DNA of 62,488 nt, filler included. It is 4 parts of 4 records of this genome, joined end to end, with 100 filler letters (N's around TTAATTAATTAA, not from the genome) between each part and the next. Parts side by side here need not be neighbours in the genome. Positions count along the whole stretch, not along the records: positions 28,736 to 34,764 come from SRR22947725_513; positions 34,865 to 62,488 come from SRR22947725_514; 2 more parts are not named here. One strand, given 5' to 3'. Shown here piece after piece: positions 28,838-40,410 of this stretch. Both the position numbers and the translations under genes were made by a program. The notes under the pieces were generated by a model. It had not been told where the DNA came from. It ran no database searches and worked only from the letters and a program-made list of their open reading frames with translations. Positions within the stretch are counted from its first letter, which is position 1. Each line of letters opens with the position of its first letter.

Positions 28838-29788
28838 TTAATCGTTTCTTTTGTTATTATTATTTTTAATTCTAGCTTTTTTTAAAGATTCAAAATCTTC
28901 ACTTGCATGAAAACTACTTCGTGTTAAAGGAGATGATGATACTAACAAAAAACCTTTAGATAGAGCGACTGACTTATATTTTTCAAATTCTTTTGGATTA
29001 ACAAATCTATCAACCTCGTGGTGTTTCAAAGTAGGCTGAAGATACTGACCTATTGTTAAAAAATCAATATCAGCCGATCTCATATCATCCATTACTTGAA
29101 ATACTTCATTTTCAGTTTCGCCTAATCCAACCATTATGCCTGATTTTGTAAATATATTAGGGTTTGATAATTTCACCTTTAAAAGTAAATTCAAAGAATG
29201 AAAATACCTAGCTCCAGGCCTAACAGAAGGATAAAGCCTTGGAACCGTTTCTAAATTATGATTAAAGACATCAGGCTTAGCTTCAATTACTTTTTCAAGA
29301 GCCCCATCTTTTCTTAGAAAATCAGGAGTAAGAATTTCAATTGATGTCTGAGGTGAAATTTCTCTAATACTTGAAATAGTGTTCACAAAATGAGAAGCTC
29401 CACCATCATTTAGATCATCTCTGTCGACAGACGTTATCACTACATGTTTAAGATTTAATCTTAAAACAGATTTCGCAACTCTAACAGGTTCAGATGGATC
29501 TAACAATTTGGGTTTTCCGGTTGCCACATTGCAAAAAGAGCAGGCTCTTGTGCATATATCACCCATAATCATCATAGTGGCATGTTTTTTTTCCCAACAA
29601 TTACCTATATTAGGACAAGCCGCCTCTTCACAAACTGTTGTTATATTTAAATCATCTAAAAGAGATTTTGTTTTTAAAAACAAATCACCCTGAGGAGCTT
29701 TAACCTTTAACCAAGATGGTTTAGATGGAGATATATTGTCAGGTTTGTTTACTTTTTCGGGATGCCTGATGTTTTTAATTTCATTCAT
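28838..29788 (-). CDS. lipA: Lipoyl synthase
   Basis: [38 protein letters not shown]. Confidence 0.97.
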   Translation of the reverse strand: MNEIKNIRHPEKVNKPDNISPSKPSWLKVKAPQGDLFLKTKSLLDDLNITTVCEEAACPNIGNCWEKKHATMMIMGDICTRACSFCNVATGKPKLLDPSEPVRVAKSVLRLNLKHVVITSVDRDDLNDGGASHFVNTISSIREISPQTSIEILTPDFLRKDGALEKVIEAKPDVFNHNLETVPRLYPSVRPGARYFHSLNLLLKVKLSNPNIFTKSGIMVGLGETENEVFQVMDDMRSADIDFLTIGQYLQPTLKHHEVDRFVNPKEFEKYKSVALSKGFLLVSSSPLTRSSFHASEDFESLKKARIKNNNNKRND

Positions 29789-29799
29789 TTTCTTAGCAA

Positions 29800-31209
29800 T
29801 TAGTAATGAATAGCTTGGTTATATGCATCTAGGACTGATTCATGCATGCCTTCTGATAAGGTAGGATGAGGAAAAATCGTATGCATTAACTCATGTTCAG
29901 TAGTTTCTAGTTTCTTTGCAATAGAAAACCCTTGGATAAGTTCGGTGACTTCTGGACCAACCATATGAGCACCAACAAGTTCGCCTGTATCATTGTTAAA
30001 AATTGTCTTTATTAGCCCCTCTGAATCACCTAAAGCAATTGCTTTTCCATTACCGATAAACGGAAATTTGCCAACTTTAATGTTTATATTTTTTATTTTT
30101 GCAGCTTTTTCTGTTAATCCGATTGAAGCAACTTGAGGCCTACAATAGGTACATCCTGGAATTGATGATTTATCAAGAGGAGTTAAATTACTCAGACCTG
30201 CAATTTTTTCAACACACAATATAGCCTCATGACTCGCCTTATGGGCTAACCAAGGCCCACCTGTAACATCACCAATTGCATAAATTCCTTTTTCATCTGT
30301 TTCAAGATATTCATTTGTTACAATATGACCTTTGTCAATTTTAATATTAAATTTTTCTAGACCTATGTTTTGTGTGTTTGCAATGATACCTACAGCAAGT
30401 ATTAATTTTTCAGATTTTATTAATGAATTTATTCCATCTGTAGATATTTCAGAAGAGACAGAATTATTATCAATTTTTACTGATTTTAAACTTGTATTTG
30501 TTTTAATATCAATACCTCTTTTTATAAAATTGTTTTGTACAATCTTTGAAATATCTTCGTCCTCATTTGGCAAAATATTTGTTAATGTTTCAATTACCGT
30601 TACCTTAACTCCTAAATCATTATAAAATGAGGCAAATTCCATTCCAATAGCTCCAGAACCAATTATTACCAAAGAATTAGGAAGATCTTGGGGCGTCATT
30701 GCTGTTTTATAATCCCATACATTGATACCGTCTGATTTTACGAATGGCAAATTTCTTGATTTTGCACCTGTTGCAATAATAATATTTTTGGCAAGTTCAG
30801 TATTAATACCATCTTTGCTTTTAATTTTAACTTTTTTGATTTGGTCGGTGTTTTTGTCAATTTCTGCAAAGCCATTAAAAACCTTAACTTTATTTTTTTT
30901 TAATAAATGACTAATACCAGCAGACAATTGAGATGCTACTTTTCTAGAACGTTCAGTAACCTTCTTAATGTCTACCTTAATATTTGATACACTAAATCCA
31001 AATTCGTTAACATTATCTAACATATGCTTAATTTCACTGGCTCTTAACAAGGCCTTTGTTGGAATACATCCCCAATTTAAACAAATACCACCAAGATGTT
31101 TGTCTTCAATCAAAGCAACAGACAGTCCTAATTGAGAAGCTCTAATTGCAGCTACATATCCACCAGGGCCGCCACCAATGACAATAACGTCATAAATTTT
31201 ATTATTCAT
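29800..31209 (-). CDS. lpdA: Dihydrolipoyl dehydrogenase (E3)
   Basis: [29 protein letters not shown]. Confidence 0.97.
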   Translation of the reverse strand: MNNKIYDVIVIGGGPGGYVAAIRASQLGLSVALIEDKHLGGICLNWGCIPTKALLRASEIKHMLDNVNEFGFSVSNIKVDIKKVTERSRKVASQLSAGISHLLKKNKVKVFNGFAEIDKNTDQIKKVKIKSKDGINTELAKNIIIATGAKSRNLPFVKSDGINVWDYKTAMTPQDLPNSLVIIGSGAIGMEFASFYNDLGVKVTVIETLTNILPNEDEDISKIVQNNFIKRGIDIKTNTSLKSVKIDNNSVSSEISTDGINSLIKSEKLILAVGIIANTQNIGLEKFNIKIDKGHIVTNEYLETDEKGIYAIGDVTGGPWLAHKASHEAILCVEKIAGLSNLTPLDKSSIPGCTYCRPQVASIGLTEKAAKIKNINIKVGKFPFIGNGKAIALGDSEGLIKTIFNNDTGELVGAHMVGPEVTELIQGFSIAKKLETTEHELMHTIFPHPTLSEGMHESVLDAYNQAIHY

Positions 31210-31216
31210 ATTTTAC

Positions 31217-32491
31217 CTATAAAAGCATAAGTGATGGGTTTTCAATAAACTCTTTAAATTTAGACAAATATTCTGCTCCAACAGCTCCGTCAACCACTCT
31301 ATGGTCACATGAGAGTGTAACAGTCATCATTGTTGCAATTGATATTTGGTTATTAGTAACTATTGCCCTTTGTTCTCCAACCCCAATCGCAAGAATACAC
31401 CCTTGAGGTGGGTTAATAACAGCAGAAAACTCTTTAATGCCATACATACCAAGATTAGAAATCGAAAAAGATCCACCAATATAATCCTCTGGCTTTAATT
31501 TTCCTTCTTTAGCCTTTTGAGCTAAAGTTTTCATTTCATTTGATATTTCTAATAAACCTTTAAACTCAACGTTTTTTATAATAGGAGTAATCAACCCCCC
31601 GTCAATAGCAACAGCTACTGAAATGTCAGTATTTTTAAAATATCTTGTATTTTCGTTTTCCCAACTGGCATTTGCTTTAGGTACCTTCAATAAAGTAGCA
31701 CTAGCAGCTTTGATAATCATGTCATTTACAGATATTTTATATTCATCGTTTGACTTACTGTTAATTGTAGATCTTGCTTTTAATAGTTGTTCAATATTAC
31801 AGTCAATTGACAGATAAAAGTGCGGAGCTTCATTCTTAGATTTGACTAATCTTTCAGCTATAGTTTTTCTCATAGATGAGTTTTTTATAAGCTCAGAATT
31901 ATTATTTGATAAAGGAATATTATCAACTTGAGATTTTTTTTCTTCTTTAAAATTTTCTATATCAATCTTTAATATTCTACCATTTGGTCCTGACCCTGTT
32001 AGTAAACTTAAATCAATATCTCTCTGTTTTGCAAGACGTTTTGCTAAAGGTGTAGCAAAAAGTCTATTAGAGTTTATTGTATTTAAAACTTCATTTTTTT
32101 GTACAAAACTAGTTTTTTCAGAAATCAATTCATCTTCTGATGATGAAGGCAAATCATTTTCTTCATTATTAGTATCATTAACAACATTTTTCTTTGGCTT
32201 TGGTTCCTCAGGAATATTATCATCAATAACAATTTCAGATAATTTTTCTCCATTTATTAAAAGGACAGCAATTGGTTGATTAACTTGAATTGATTCTTGC
32301 CCCTCAGTTACTAAAATTTTACCTATAACCCCTTCATCTACAGCCTCAACCTCCATTGTAGCTTTGTCTGTCTCAATCTCAGCTATCAAATCTCCTGAAT
32401 TAACTTTATCACCTTCTTTAACTAGCCATTTAGCTAAAGTCCCCTCTTCCATAGTAGGGCTAAGAGCAGGCATTAAAATATTAATACTCAT
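31217..32491 (-). CDS. pdhC: Pyruvate dehydrogenase E2 dihydrolipoamide acetyltransferase
   Basis: Lipoyl domain [10 protein letters not shown]3-binding [24 protein letters not shown]. Confidence 0.96.
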   Translation of the reverse strand: MSINILMPALSPTMEEGTLAKWLVKEGDKVNSGDLIAEIETDKATMEVEAVDEGVIGKILVTEGQESIQVNQPIAVLLINGEKLSEIVIDDNIPEEPKPKKNVVNDTNNEENDLPSSSEDELISEKTSFVQKNEVLNTINSNRLFATPLAKRLAKQRDIDLSLLTGSGPNGRILKIDIENFKEEKKSQVDNIPLSNNNSELIKNSSMRKTIAERLVKSKNEAPHFYLSIDCNIEQLLKARSTINSKSNDEYKISVNDMIIKAASATLLKVPKANASWENENTRYFKNTDISVAVAIDGGLITPIIKNVEFKGLLEISNEMKTLAQKAKEGKLKPEDYIGGSFSISNLGMYGIKEFSAVINPPQGCILAIGVGEQRAIVTNNQISIATMMTVTLSCDHRVVDGAVGAEYLSKFKEFIENPSLMLL

Positions 32492-32500
32492 AGTATATCC

Positions 32501-33835
32501 TTAATTTTTATAACAAACATCCTTGCAAGCTTTAATTATATCATCAACTTGAGGTAGCGCTAGTTTTTCTAAATTGGCTGCGTAAGGCATTGGCACATCT
32601 TTACCAGTCACTCTTTTAACTGGGGCGTCAAGCCAATCAAATGCATTTTCATTAATTATAGCAGAAATTTCTGCTCCAATTCCAGCAAATGGAAAGCCTT
32701 CTTCACAAGTGACTACCCTATTTGTTTTTTTAACTGATTCTATTATGGTTGAAGTATCTAAAGGCCGAAGAGTTCTTAGGTTAATAACTTCAGCGTTTAT
32801 TCCCATTTCCCTGAGTGCATCAGCAGCTTCAATTGATTTACCTACCATAATAGAAAAAGCTATAATGGTAACGTCGTCACCTTCTTTTTCAACATGAGCT
32901 TTACCAATAGTTAACAAAAATTCATCAGATTCCGGACAGCTAAATGATTGGCCGTACATAACTTCATTTTCTAAAAAAATTACAGGGTCAGGGTCTCTAA
33001 TAGCAGATTTTAAAAGACCTTTAGCATCCTTACTTGACCAAGGAGAGACCACTTTAAGGCCTGGGCAATGCGCATACCAGCTTGCATAACATTGACTATG
33101 CTGTGCCGCAACCCTTGATGCAGCTCCATTTGGGCCTCTAAAAACAATTGGGCAACCCATTTGGCCACCAGACATATAAAGAGTTTTTGCCGCAGAATTA
33201 ATTATTTGATCCATTGCTTGCATAGCAAAATTAAATGTCATGAACTCAACAATTGGACTCAAATTACCAAATGCTGCACCTACACCAATTCCAGCAAATC
33301 CATGTTCTGTAATTGGTGTGTCATAAACTCTTTTGTCACCAAACTCATCTAGCAAACCTTGTGTTACTTTATAAGCTCCCTGATACTCTGCAACTTCTTC
33401 TCCCATGACAAATACTTTTTTATCTAGTCTCATTTCTTCAGCCATAGCATTTCTTAGAGCTTCTCTGACCGTAATAACACTCGAATTAGGTTCTAAATTA
33501 TTTTGATTTCCTGATAATACCTTGTTTTTAGGTATTTCCTTTTCTATGTATGGTTTTTCAGCAATTGTTTTTATAGTAGCATGAGGGGTTTCTTTACCAT
33601 CATTTAAAATAGCTATGGGAGTATTAACTTTTATTCCTTCAGAACCCTCAGCAACAAGTAACTTACCTATTTGACCATCATCAACAGCTTCAACCTCCAT
33701 AGTTGCTTTATCTGTTTCAATCTCAGCGATTAAATCACCAGACGTAACTATATCTCCTTCATTAACGAGCCATTTAGAAAGAGTGCCCTCTTCCATTGTA
33801 GGACTAAGGGCAGGCATTAAAATTTCTATAGACAT
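32501..33835 (-). CDS. pdhB: Pyruvate dehydrogenase E1 beta with N-terminal lipoyl domain
   Basis: [47 protein letters not shown]. Confidence 0.96.
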   Translation of the reverse strand: MSIEILMPALSPTMEEGTLSKWLVNEGDIVTSGDLIAEIETDKATMEVEAVDDGQIGKLLVAEGSEGIKVNTPIAILNDGKETPHATIKTIAEKPYIEKEIPKNKVLSGNQNNLEPNSSVITVREALRNAMAEEMRLDKKVFVMGEEVAEYQGAYKVTQGLLDEFGDKRVYDTPITEHGFAGIGVGAAFGNLSPIVEFMTFNFAMQAMDQIINSAAKTLYMSGGQMGCPIVFRGPNGAASRVAAQHSQCYASWYAHCPGLKVVSPWSSKDAKGLLKSAIRDPDPVIFLENEVMYGQSFSCPESDEFLLTIGKAHVEKEGDDVTIIAFSIMVGKSIEAADALREMGINAEVINLRTLRPLDTSTIIESVKKTNRVVTCEEGFPFAGIGAEISAIINENAFDWLDAPVKRVTGKDVPMPYAANLEKLALPQVDDIIKACKDVCYKN

Positions 33836-33845
33836 CAGATATCCT

Positions 33846-34764
33846 TCAATTAATAGTTATATCCGTAAATAATTCTTCAGGTGATGGTTCAGGAGATTCT
33901 TGAGCAAAATTCGCTGCGTCGGCAATGGTAGCCTTAATTTCAGTATCTATCTCTTTTATCATCTCTTCATTTGTTCCATGCTTAATGAGAAGCTCTTTAA
34001 TATTTTCAATTGGATCAGAAGTTTTTCTAATTTTATCAACTTCATCTCTAGTTCTATATTTAGCAGGGTCTGACATAGAATGCCCCCTATACCTATATGT
34101 TTTCATTTCTAAAATATAAGGACCTTTTCCAGATCTACAATATTCCATAGCCCTAATAGCAGAATCTCTTACTGCAATTACATCCATACCATCAACTATT
34201 TCTGACTTTATGCCATATGCTTTCCCTCTATCAGACAAATTGTCTCCAGCAGAAGATCTGTTTACAGAAGTACCCATTCCATACTTATTATTTTCTATCA
34301 CAAAAATAACTGGAAGCTTCCAAAGTGAAGCAATATTATAAGCTTCATAAACCTGTCCTTGATTTGCAGCACCATCACCAAAATAAGTAATACATACATT
34401 TTTAGTTTCATTATACTTATGAGAAAACGCAAGACCTGTTCCTATTGGCACTTGAGCCGCAACAATACCATGACCACCAAAAAAACCTTTCTCACGGCTA
34501 AACATATGCATGGAACCACCTTTGCCTTTTGAATAACCATCTTTTCTACCTGTTAATTCAGCCATTACTCCTTTGGGATCCATGTCACACGCAATCATAT
34601 GACCATGATCACGGTATGAAGTAACAATACTGTCACCTTCGATTTGAGCAGATTGAATACCAACAACAACTGCCTCTTGCCCAATATATAAATGACAAAA
34701 ACCTCCAATTTTTCCCATACCATATAATTGACCGGCTTTTTCTTCAAATCTTCTAATCAAAAGC
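33846..34764 (-). CDS. pdhA: Pyruvate dehydrogenase E1 alpha, 5'-truncated
   Basis: [39 protein letters not shown]. Confidence 0.96.
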
Positions 34765-34864
34765 NNNNNNNNNNNNNNNNNNNNNNNNNNNNNNNNNNNN
34801 NNNNNNNNTTAATTAATTAANNNNNNNNNNNNNNNNNNNNNNNNNNNNNNNNNNNNNNNNNNNN
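34765..34864. other. Artificial contig spacer
   Basis: 44 N + TTAATTAATTAA + 44 N. Confidence 0.99.
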
Positions 34865-34865
34865 A

Positions 34866-36131
34866 TATTCTGATGAATGTATTTCAGCCGCAGAATGGCT
34901 CGTAGATGATTTGATGTCGATTGGATTTAATGCAGAGATTAGAGAAACTCCCGGTCACCCTATGGTTATGGCAAAAGGCGGCGAAGGTGGTATTCATACA
35001 TTATTCTATGGACATTATGACGTGCAACCTATTGATCCAATCGAATTATGGGAAAACCACCCTTTTGAACCTAAATTAGAAGAAACAAAAAATGGCCCTG
35101 TAATTCGTGGACGTGGAGCATCAGATGATAAAGGTCAGCTAATGACTTTCATCGAAGCATGTAGAGCATTTAAAGAGGTTAAAGGTAGTCTACCAAATAA
35201 AATTTCTATTTTCTTTGAAGGTGAAGAAGAGAGCGGGTCACCCTCATTAGTTCCATATATGAAAAAACATGTAGATGAATTAAAAGCAGATATTGCATTA
35301 ATATGTGATACTGGAATGGTTGAAAAAGATACCCCATCTATTGTTACGATGTTACGGGGCATGGTTAGCCAAGAAATAACAATTAAAGGTCCAAATAAAG
35401 ATTTGCATTCTGGAATGTACGGCGGCCCATCTATTAATCCGATTAGGGTTCTAACTAAGGCATTGGGAGCAATGCATGATGAAAATGGCCGTGTTACACT
35501 TGAAGGATTTTATAATGGTGTGACAGAATTACCAGAACAAATCATTCAACAATGGAATGATTTATCTTTTGATGAAAACTCGTTCCTATCAGAAGTAGGA
35601 TTAAAAATTCCGGCTGGGGAAAATGATAGAACTGTTTTAGAACAAATATGGTCTCGCCCTACAGCAGAAATAAATGGTATTTGGGGTGGCTATACAGGTG
35701 AAGGCTTTAAAACAGTACTACCAAGTGAAGCACACGCAAAGGTAAGCTTCAGACTAGTTGGAAAGCAAAATCCTGAAAAAATTCAATCTGCGTTTACAAA
35801 GCACATTCAAAGTTATTTACCTGAAGACTGTATTTTAGAATATAAATTACATGGTTCTTCTATGGCATCTAATATGGCGATAGATAACCCATCATTCGAA
35901 ATTGCTAGAAGTGCATTATCTTCAGAATGGAAAAATCCTGGTGTTTATGTAGGCTGTGGGGGCTCTATTCCAATTGCTGGGTATTTTCAAAGTATTGTAG
36001 GTTTGGAAACTATGCTTATTGGCTTTGCACAAGATGATGATTCAATTCATTCACCAAACGAAAAATATGACATAAGAAGTTTTCATAAAGGTATAAGATC
36101 TTGGGTAAGGATATTACACGCATTAGCTTAG
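34866..36131 (+). CDS. M20/M25/M40 family metallo-dipeptidase, 5'-truncated
   Basis: YGHYDVQP, RGASDDKGQ, EGEEESGS, DLHSG, IHSPNEK; frame is open back to the contig start. Confidence 0.92.
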   Translation, partial: YSDECISAAEWLVDDLMSIGFNAEIRETPGHPMVMAKGGEGGIHTLFYGHYDVQPIDPIELWENHPFEPKLEETKNGPVIRGRGASDDKGQLMTFIEACRAFKEVKGSLPNKISIFFEGEEESGSPSLVPYMKKHVDELKADIALICDTGMVEKDTPSIVTMLRGMVSQEITIKGPNKDLHSGMYGGPSINPIRVLTKALGAMHDENGRVTLEGFYNGVTELPEQIIQQWNDLSFDENSFLSEVGLKIPAGENDRTVLEQIWSRPTAEINGIWGGYTGEGFKTVLPSEAHAKVSFRLVGKQNPEKIQSAFTKHIQSYLPEDCILEYKLHGSSMASNMAIDNPSFEIARSALSSEWKNPGVYVGCGGSIPIAGYFQSIVGLETMLIGFAQDDDSIHSPNEKYDIRSFHKGIRSWVRILHALA

Positions 36132-36174
36132 CCATATAATTGATTGTTTTTAAATATCTTTAAGCATTTAAATA

Positions 36175-36444
36175 CTATATCCTACCAGATCTTCCACCAC
36201 GCCGACCTGTATTCGTAGATTTGGATAATCCGGCGCGAAGCACTGTAGTCATTGGGTGATCATCAAATTTTACCTGATATTCAGATAGTAAAATATTTAT
36301 ATCTTCTGATAAATCAGATTTGGAACCCTCAAGGGCCCAATCCAAAAAAATCATACGACATTCTTCAATTGTAATTCCATCAATTCTATATGATTCAAAT
36401 ATTAAACCTCGTGGGTCTATACTAAGATTTCCTTTAAAAACCAT
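36175..36444 (-). CDS. Conserved hypothetical protein (Rhodobacteraceae type)
   Basis: DPRGLIFESYRIDGIT.EECR.IFLDWAL...HPMT.VL...RRGGR pattern. Confidence 0.7.
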   Translation of the reverse strand: MVFKGNLSIDPRGLIFESYRIDGITIEECRMIFLDWALEGSKSDLSEDINILLSEYQVKFDDHPMTTVLRAGLSKSTNTGRRGGRSGRI

Positions 36445-36541
36445 ATGTAAATTTCCTAAGTTAATTATTATTTTAATATGTTATCTAAATTCTATTTACA
36501 GCTTAATCACGTCACTATTTAATAAAAATGCGTAAAATTAT

Positions 36542-37708
36542 TTAAATATTACTTAGTACAGAATTAGCAGCTAATAGATGTATATCTTTATGGCTTGCGC
36601 CTAATCTATTCATAGTCTCTTCCATTGCTTTAATTTGGTTATTATCGTTATTTAGTAATAATCCAAGGCTTTCAGTAATATTCGCAACTGTACAACTTTC
36701 AAAAAGGTGTTCAGGTACAACTTTTGTATCTGTGATAATATTGATCAAATTAGCTGTGTCTATTTTTGCTAATTTCTTAACCATTTTAGTTGTGATCCAA
36801 TTAGCTTTGTAAGCAACAACCATAGGGCATTTTTTAGCAGCCAATTCTAACGCTACTGTACCAGATGTAGCCAATGCAGCTGAACTAATAGAAAAGGTTA
36901 TAAATTTGTCGTGTTCTATTTCTTTTGAATCTTTACCTTCACTCAAAAGTAGCAACGGTTTTATATTCCATGAGCTAACGGCATTTATTACGTCTTTCTC
37001 CACTGAAGAAGCTACAGGCAGTATAAATTGTGAGTCAGGGTATAGTTTTTCAATATTACTCAGTACTTTATTAAATATAGGGCACATTCTTTTTATTTCG
37101 CCAATTCTAGAGCCAGGTAAAACTGTAATGATTGGACCATTATGTAAGTTGTACTTTTTTTTAAACTTTTCTTGAGATTTTTTGCTTACATGTTGACTAG
37201 AAGCAGCTGGATGGCCAACAAAGTCACAAGTCATACCTTCTGCCTCCATGTATGGTGGTTCAAAAGGAAGTAACGCTAAAACATGGTCAACATATTTAGA
37301 CATTTTAGCAGCTCTTTCAGGGCGCCAAGCCCAAACGGAAGGCGCAACGTAATGAATAATTTTTATATTTGGTAAAGCATTGCGAACCTTTTTTGCAACC
37401 CGCATGCAAAAATCGGGACTATCTATAGTAATTAAGACATCTGGATTCTGACTAATTATTGAATTAGCTGTCAATTTAATACGAGAAATTAACATTGGTA
37501 TTTTAGGAATTATTTCAATTAAACCCATTAAAGACAAATCAGACATTTTAAATAAACTGTGCAAACCCGCAGATTCCATTAACGGGCCACCTACTCCAGA
37601 AAAAGAAACATTTTTATTTGTTACTTCAATTAAACCATCAATTAATGAAGCACCAAGTTTATCACCTGATAATTCGCCCGCAATGATATAGCATTTTAAT
37701 TTATTCAT
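36542..37708 (-). CDS. lpxB: Lipid-A-disaccharide synthase
   Basis: AGELSGD, IDSPDF, YVAPSVWAWR, LPFE, VGHP, LPGSR, SGT. Confidence 0.96.
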   Translation of the reverse strand: MNKLKCYIIAGELSGDKLGASLIDGLIEVTNKNVSFSGVGGPLMESAGLHSLFKMSDLSLMGLIEIIPKIPMLISRIKLTANSIISQNPDVLITIDSPDFCMRVAKKVRNALPNIKIIHYVAPSVWAWRPERAAKMSKYVDHVLALLPFEPPYMEAEGMTCDFVGHPAASSQHVSKKSQEKFKKKYNLHNGPIITVLPGSRIGEIKRMCPIFNKVLSNIEKLYPDSQFILPVASSVEKDVINAVSSWNIKPLLLLSEGKDSKEIEHDKFITFSISSAALATSGTVALELAAKKCPMVVAYKANWITTKMVKKLAKIDTANLINIITDTKVVPEHLFESCTVANITESLGLLLNNDNNQIKAMEETMNRLGASHKDIHLLAANSVLSNI

Positions 37709-38553
37709 AGTACTTTATCGGACGATACTGATGTAATGAATATACCAAGTTGATTTGCTGTATCGATACAGGCATTTTTATCAATCATCTGCACACAATC
37801 AGCTTTGATAGCAAGACCAGACAGACCGGCTTCAGCAATAGTTTTGATAGTTTCAACACCTACTGTAGGGACATCAATTCGTTTATCCTGATTAAGCTTA
37901 GGCGATTTAATAAATACACCTTTTCCATCACTTTCATCATTGAGATAATTTTTTTTACTTAGACCGGCAAATTTTATTAATGCATCTGATCCTTGTATTG
38001 TTTCTATTCCTAAACATAAACCCTGAGCTATTACACAAGCTTGCCCAATATCAGCTTTTGAAATGATGTTTAAAATTTCAAAACCACGCATTACATCGAT
38101 TAAATCATTCTCGCTTGGAATTTTTTTTGTAAATACGCCCTCAGATAGAAATATATTTTTTAAGATTTTATCCGTTGCTATTATTTCAAATCCTTCTTTT
38201 TCAAATATTTCTGCAATAATTTTCAATGTTGTGTCATCACCACTTTTTAATGCAGGGAGTAACTTTGATGCAATCTTTAAAAACTTTGCATCAAACTTTA
38301 ATGGATTTAGTTTTGGTCGCTTCATTGCACCTGCAAATACTACTTGATTACAACCACAATCATTTAAGGATGCAAACAATGCATTAGGTTTTTCAAATTT
38401 TGCATTTATAACTGGTAATTGTTTTAACCAATGTAAATTCACTCCTTCAAAATGTATAATTTTAAAGTCTATATTATTACTTTTACAATGTTCTACTATC
38501 TGAATAGGTAAGTCACCTGCCCCAGCAACGATTGCTAAACACGGTGATTGCAT
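37705..38553 (-). CDS. lpxI: UDP-2,3-diacylglucosamine diphosphatase LpxI
   Basis: AGAGDLP, GDD, DIGQA, QD.RIDVPTVG; lies between lpxA and lpxB. Confidence 0.92.
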   Translation of the reverse strand: MQSPCLAIVAGAGDLPIQIVEHCKSNNIDFKIIHFEGVNLHWLKQLPVINAKFEKPNALFASLNDCGCNQVVFAGAMKRPKLNPLKFDAKFLKIASKLLPALKSGDDTTLKIIAEIFEKEGFEIIATDKILKNIFLSEGVFTKKIPSENDLIDVMRGFEILNIISKADIGQACVIAQGLCLGIETIQGSDALIKFAGLSKKNYLNDESDGKGVFIKSPKLNQDKRIDVPTVGVETIKTIAEAGLSGLAIKADCVQMIDKNACIDTANQLGIFITSVSSDKVL

Positions 38554-38555
38554 AA

Positions 38556-39362
38556 TTAGTCCTTTGATGAAATTGTTAGGGAACGCGAAGTTTCAGATTT
38601 TATAAATGAAATCATTTCCTCAACTAATGGATTACCTTTGTAAGCATAAAGTGCTGGCTCAATTGTATCTTTAACATTATTATTACTTTGAAAAATCATT
38701 TTAAAAGCTGCCCTTAATCCATTTATATGATCTTTATTAACCCCAGCTCTTTTTAAGCCAATAAGATTTAAGCCATCAAGATTAGCTCTTTCTCCAATGA
38801 CCATTCCCATTGGAATTACGTCAGCTACAACTGCAGATAGTCCACCAATCATGGCTCCACGCCCAACTCGACAAAACTGGTGCACTCCAGCTAATGCGCC
38901 AATAACAACGTTGTCTTCAATAATACAATGGCCACCCAATGAAGCATTGTTTGCCATTATAACTTTGTCACCGACAATACAGTCATGTCCTATGTGGACA
39001 CCCATCATAAATAAACCATCATTACCAACTTTGGTTAATCCACCTCCACCGGCAGTTCCAGGATTCATTGTAACATGCTCACGTATTCTATTTCGCTTGC
39101 CAATCTCTAATTTTGTATGCTCACCACCAAATTTTAAATCTTGAGGAATATGACCAATAGATGCGAAAGGAAATATTGTTGTTTTTTCACCTATGGACGT
39201 CCAGCCAGACACTACCACATGAGATTTCAACTCCACTCCATCATTTAAAGTGACTTCTGAACCAACATGACAAAACGGTCCAATATTTACATTGGCTCCG
39301 ACAAATGCCCCTGTATCAATAACACTGCTTGGATGTATATTTGCGCTTGAGTCAATTGACAT
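38556..39362 (-). CDS. lpxA: UDP-N-acetylglucosamine acyltransferase
   Basis: Hexapeptide repeats, PQDLKF, HIGHDC, HQF. Confidence 0.96.
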   Translation of the reverse strand: MSIDSSANIHPSSVIDTGAFVGANVNIGPFCHVGSEVTLNDGVELKSHVVVSGWTSIGEKTTIFPFASIGHIPQDLKFGGEHTKLEIGKRNRIREHVTMNPGTAGGGGLTKVGNDGLFMMGVHIGHDCIVGDKVIMANNASLGGHCIIEDNVVIGALAGVHQFCRVGRGAMIGGLSAVVADVIPMGMVIGERANLDGLNLIGLKRAGVNKDHINGLRAAFKMIFQSNNNVKDTIEPALYAYKGNPLVEEMISFIKSETSRSLTISSKD

Positions 39363-39366
39363 TACA

Positions 39367-39837
39367 TTATGCCTCTTCTGGTGGAACCATCATGGCAGTA
39401 AACTCTGCTTCTGCAACAACGACATCTCCAACTTTACCTTCACCATAAAATTTCCATAATTTTCCTCGTCCACGCAAGACTTTAACATGTAGCTCTAACT
39501 GATCAGGAGGTGAAACAACGTGCCTAAATTTGCATTTATCAATTGTTAGAAAATAGACTAACATATTATTATCAATCATATTTAAAGTCTTCACTACCAA
39601 AACTGCAGCCGTTTGAGCCATTGCCTCAACGATTGTCACACCAGGCATAACTGGCCTCTCAGGAAAATGTCCCTGAAAATGTGGTTCGTTAAATGTGATA
39701 TTTTTGATTCCAATAGCACTTTCATTTAATTTAATTTCTTTTACAGCGTCTATGAGTAAAAAAGGATATCGATGTGGTATCATGCGCTTTATATCTTGAA
39801 TATCTGCACTCTGATTTTTATGATTTATATCTGACAT
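39367..39837 (-). CDS. fabZ: 3-hydroxyacyl-ACP dehydratase
   Basis: PHRYPFLLID, GHFP..PVMPGV.IVEAMAQ. Confidence 0.97.
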   Translation of the reverse strand: MSDINHKNQSADIQDIKRMIPHRYPFLLIDAVKEIKLNESAIGIKNITFNEPHFQGHFPERPVMPGVTIVEAMAQTAAVLVVKTLNMIDNNMLVYFLTIDKCKFRHVVSPPDQLELHVKVLRGRGKLWKFYGEGKVGDVVVAEAEFTAMMVPPEEA

Positions 39838-39865
39838 CTTTTTATCCTTATAATCAGTTTTTAGA

Positions 39866-40408
39866 CTAATCTTTTAATTTATCATTTATTCTATTTATTG
39901 CTGATTTAGTAATATCACTTCCAAGGCTCGCTAATGCAACTGTGTCCTTGTTTAGTAATACCTCTATTCCTAATTCATCAATATAGCTTAATAAAATAGG
40001 TGTTATAATTTCAAAAAATAATTTTTTATTTCTGTTTAAATAATTATTTATATCACGTTGTTTTATAGACTGTTCATCTCTAATTTGTTTAACTTTTTTA
40101 TCGAAATTAATCGCTAGAATATCAAATTCTATTTTTGAAGTACTTTTTCGAACTTTAGTTAAATTTAATTCTTCTAGCTCTAATTCACTCTCTATTAATC
40201 TATTTTCAGCGGCTAATTCAATTACTTTGTCTTCAACATTTTCTAATATGTTTTTACCCCATTCAGTTTCTGAAAAAAGGGATTCTTGGTCTAGAACAGC
40301 TATAGCAGATAATTTTTGGTAAACAGGGTATGTTTGTCCATAAGTGAAGTTGGTAAGACAAATAAATAATACGCTCAAAAAAACATATTTGGTTATTATA
40401 AAGTACAT
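39866..40408 (-). CDS. skp: OmpH/Skp-like periplasmic chaperone
   Basis: Signal peptide, coiled coil, C-terminal DIT..I.RIN; lies between bamA and fabZ. Confidence 0.8.
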   Translation of the reverse strand: MYFIITKYVFLSVLFICLTNFTYGQTYPVYQKLSAIAVLDQESLFSETEWGKNILENVEDKVIELAAENRLIESELELEELNLTKVRKSTSKIEFDILAINFDKKVKQIRDEQSIKQRDINNYLNRNKKLFFEIITPILLSYIDELGIEVLLNKDTVALASLGSDITKSAINRINDKLKD

Positions 40409-40410
40409 AC

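Noticed and set aside
39367-40408. lpxD missing between skp and fabZ
   Set aside because: This gene order is normal in Rhodobacteraceae, where lpxD lies elsewhere.
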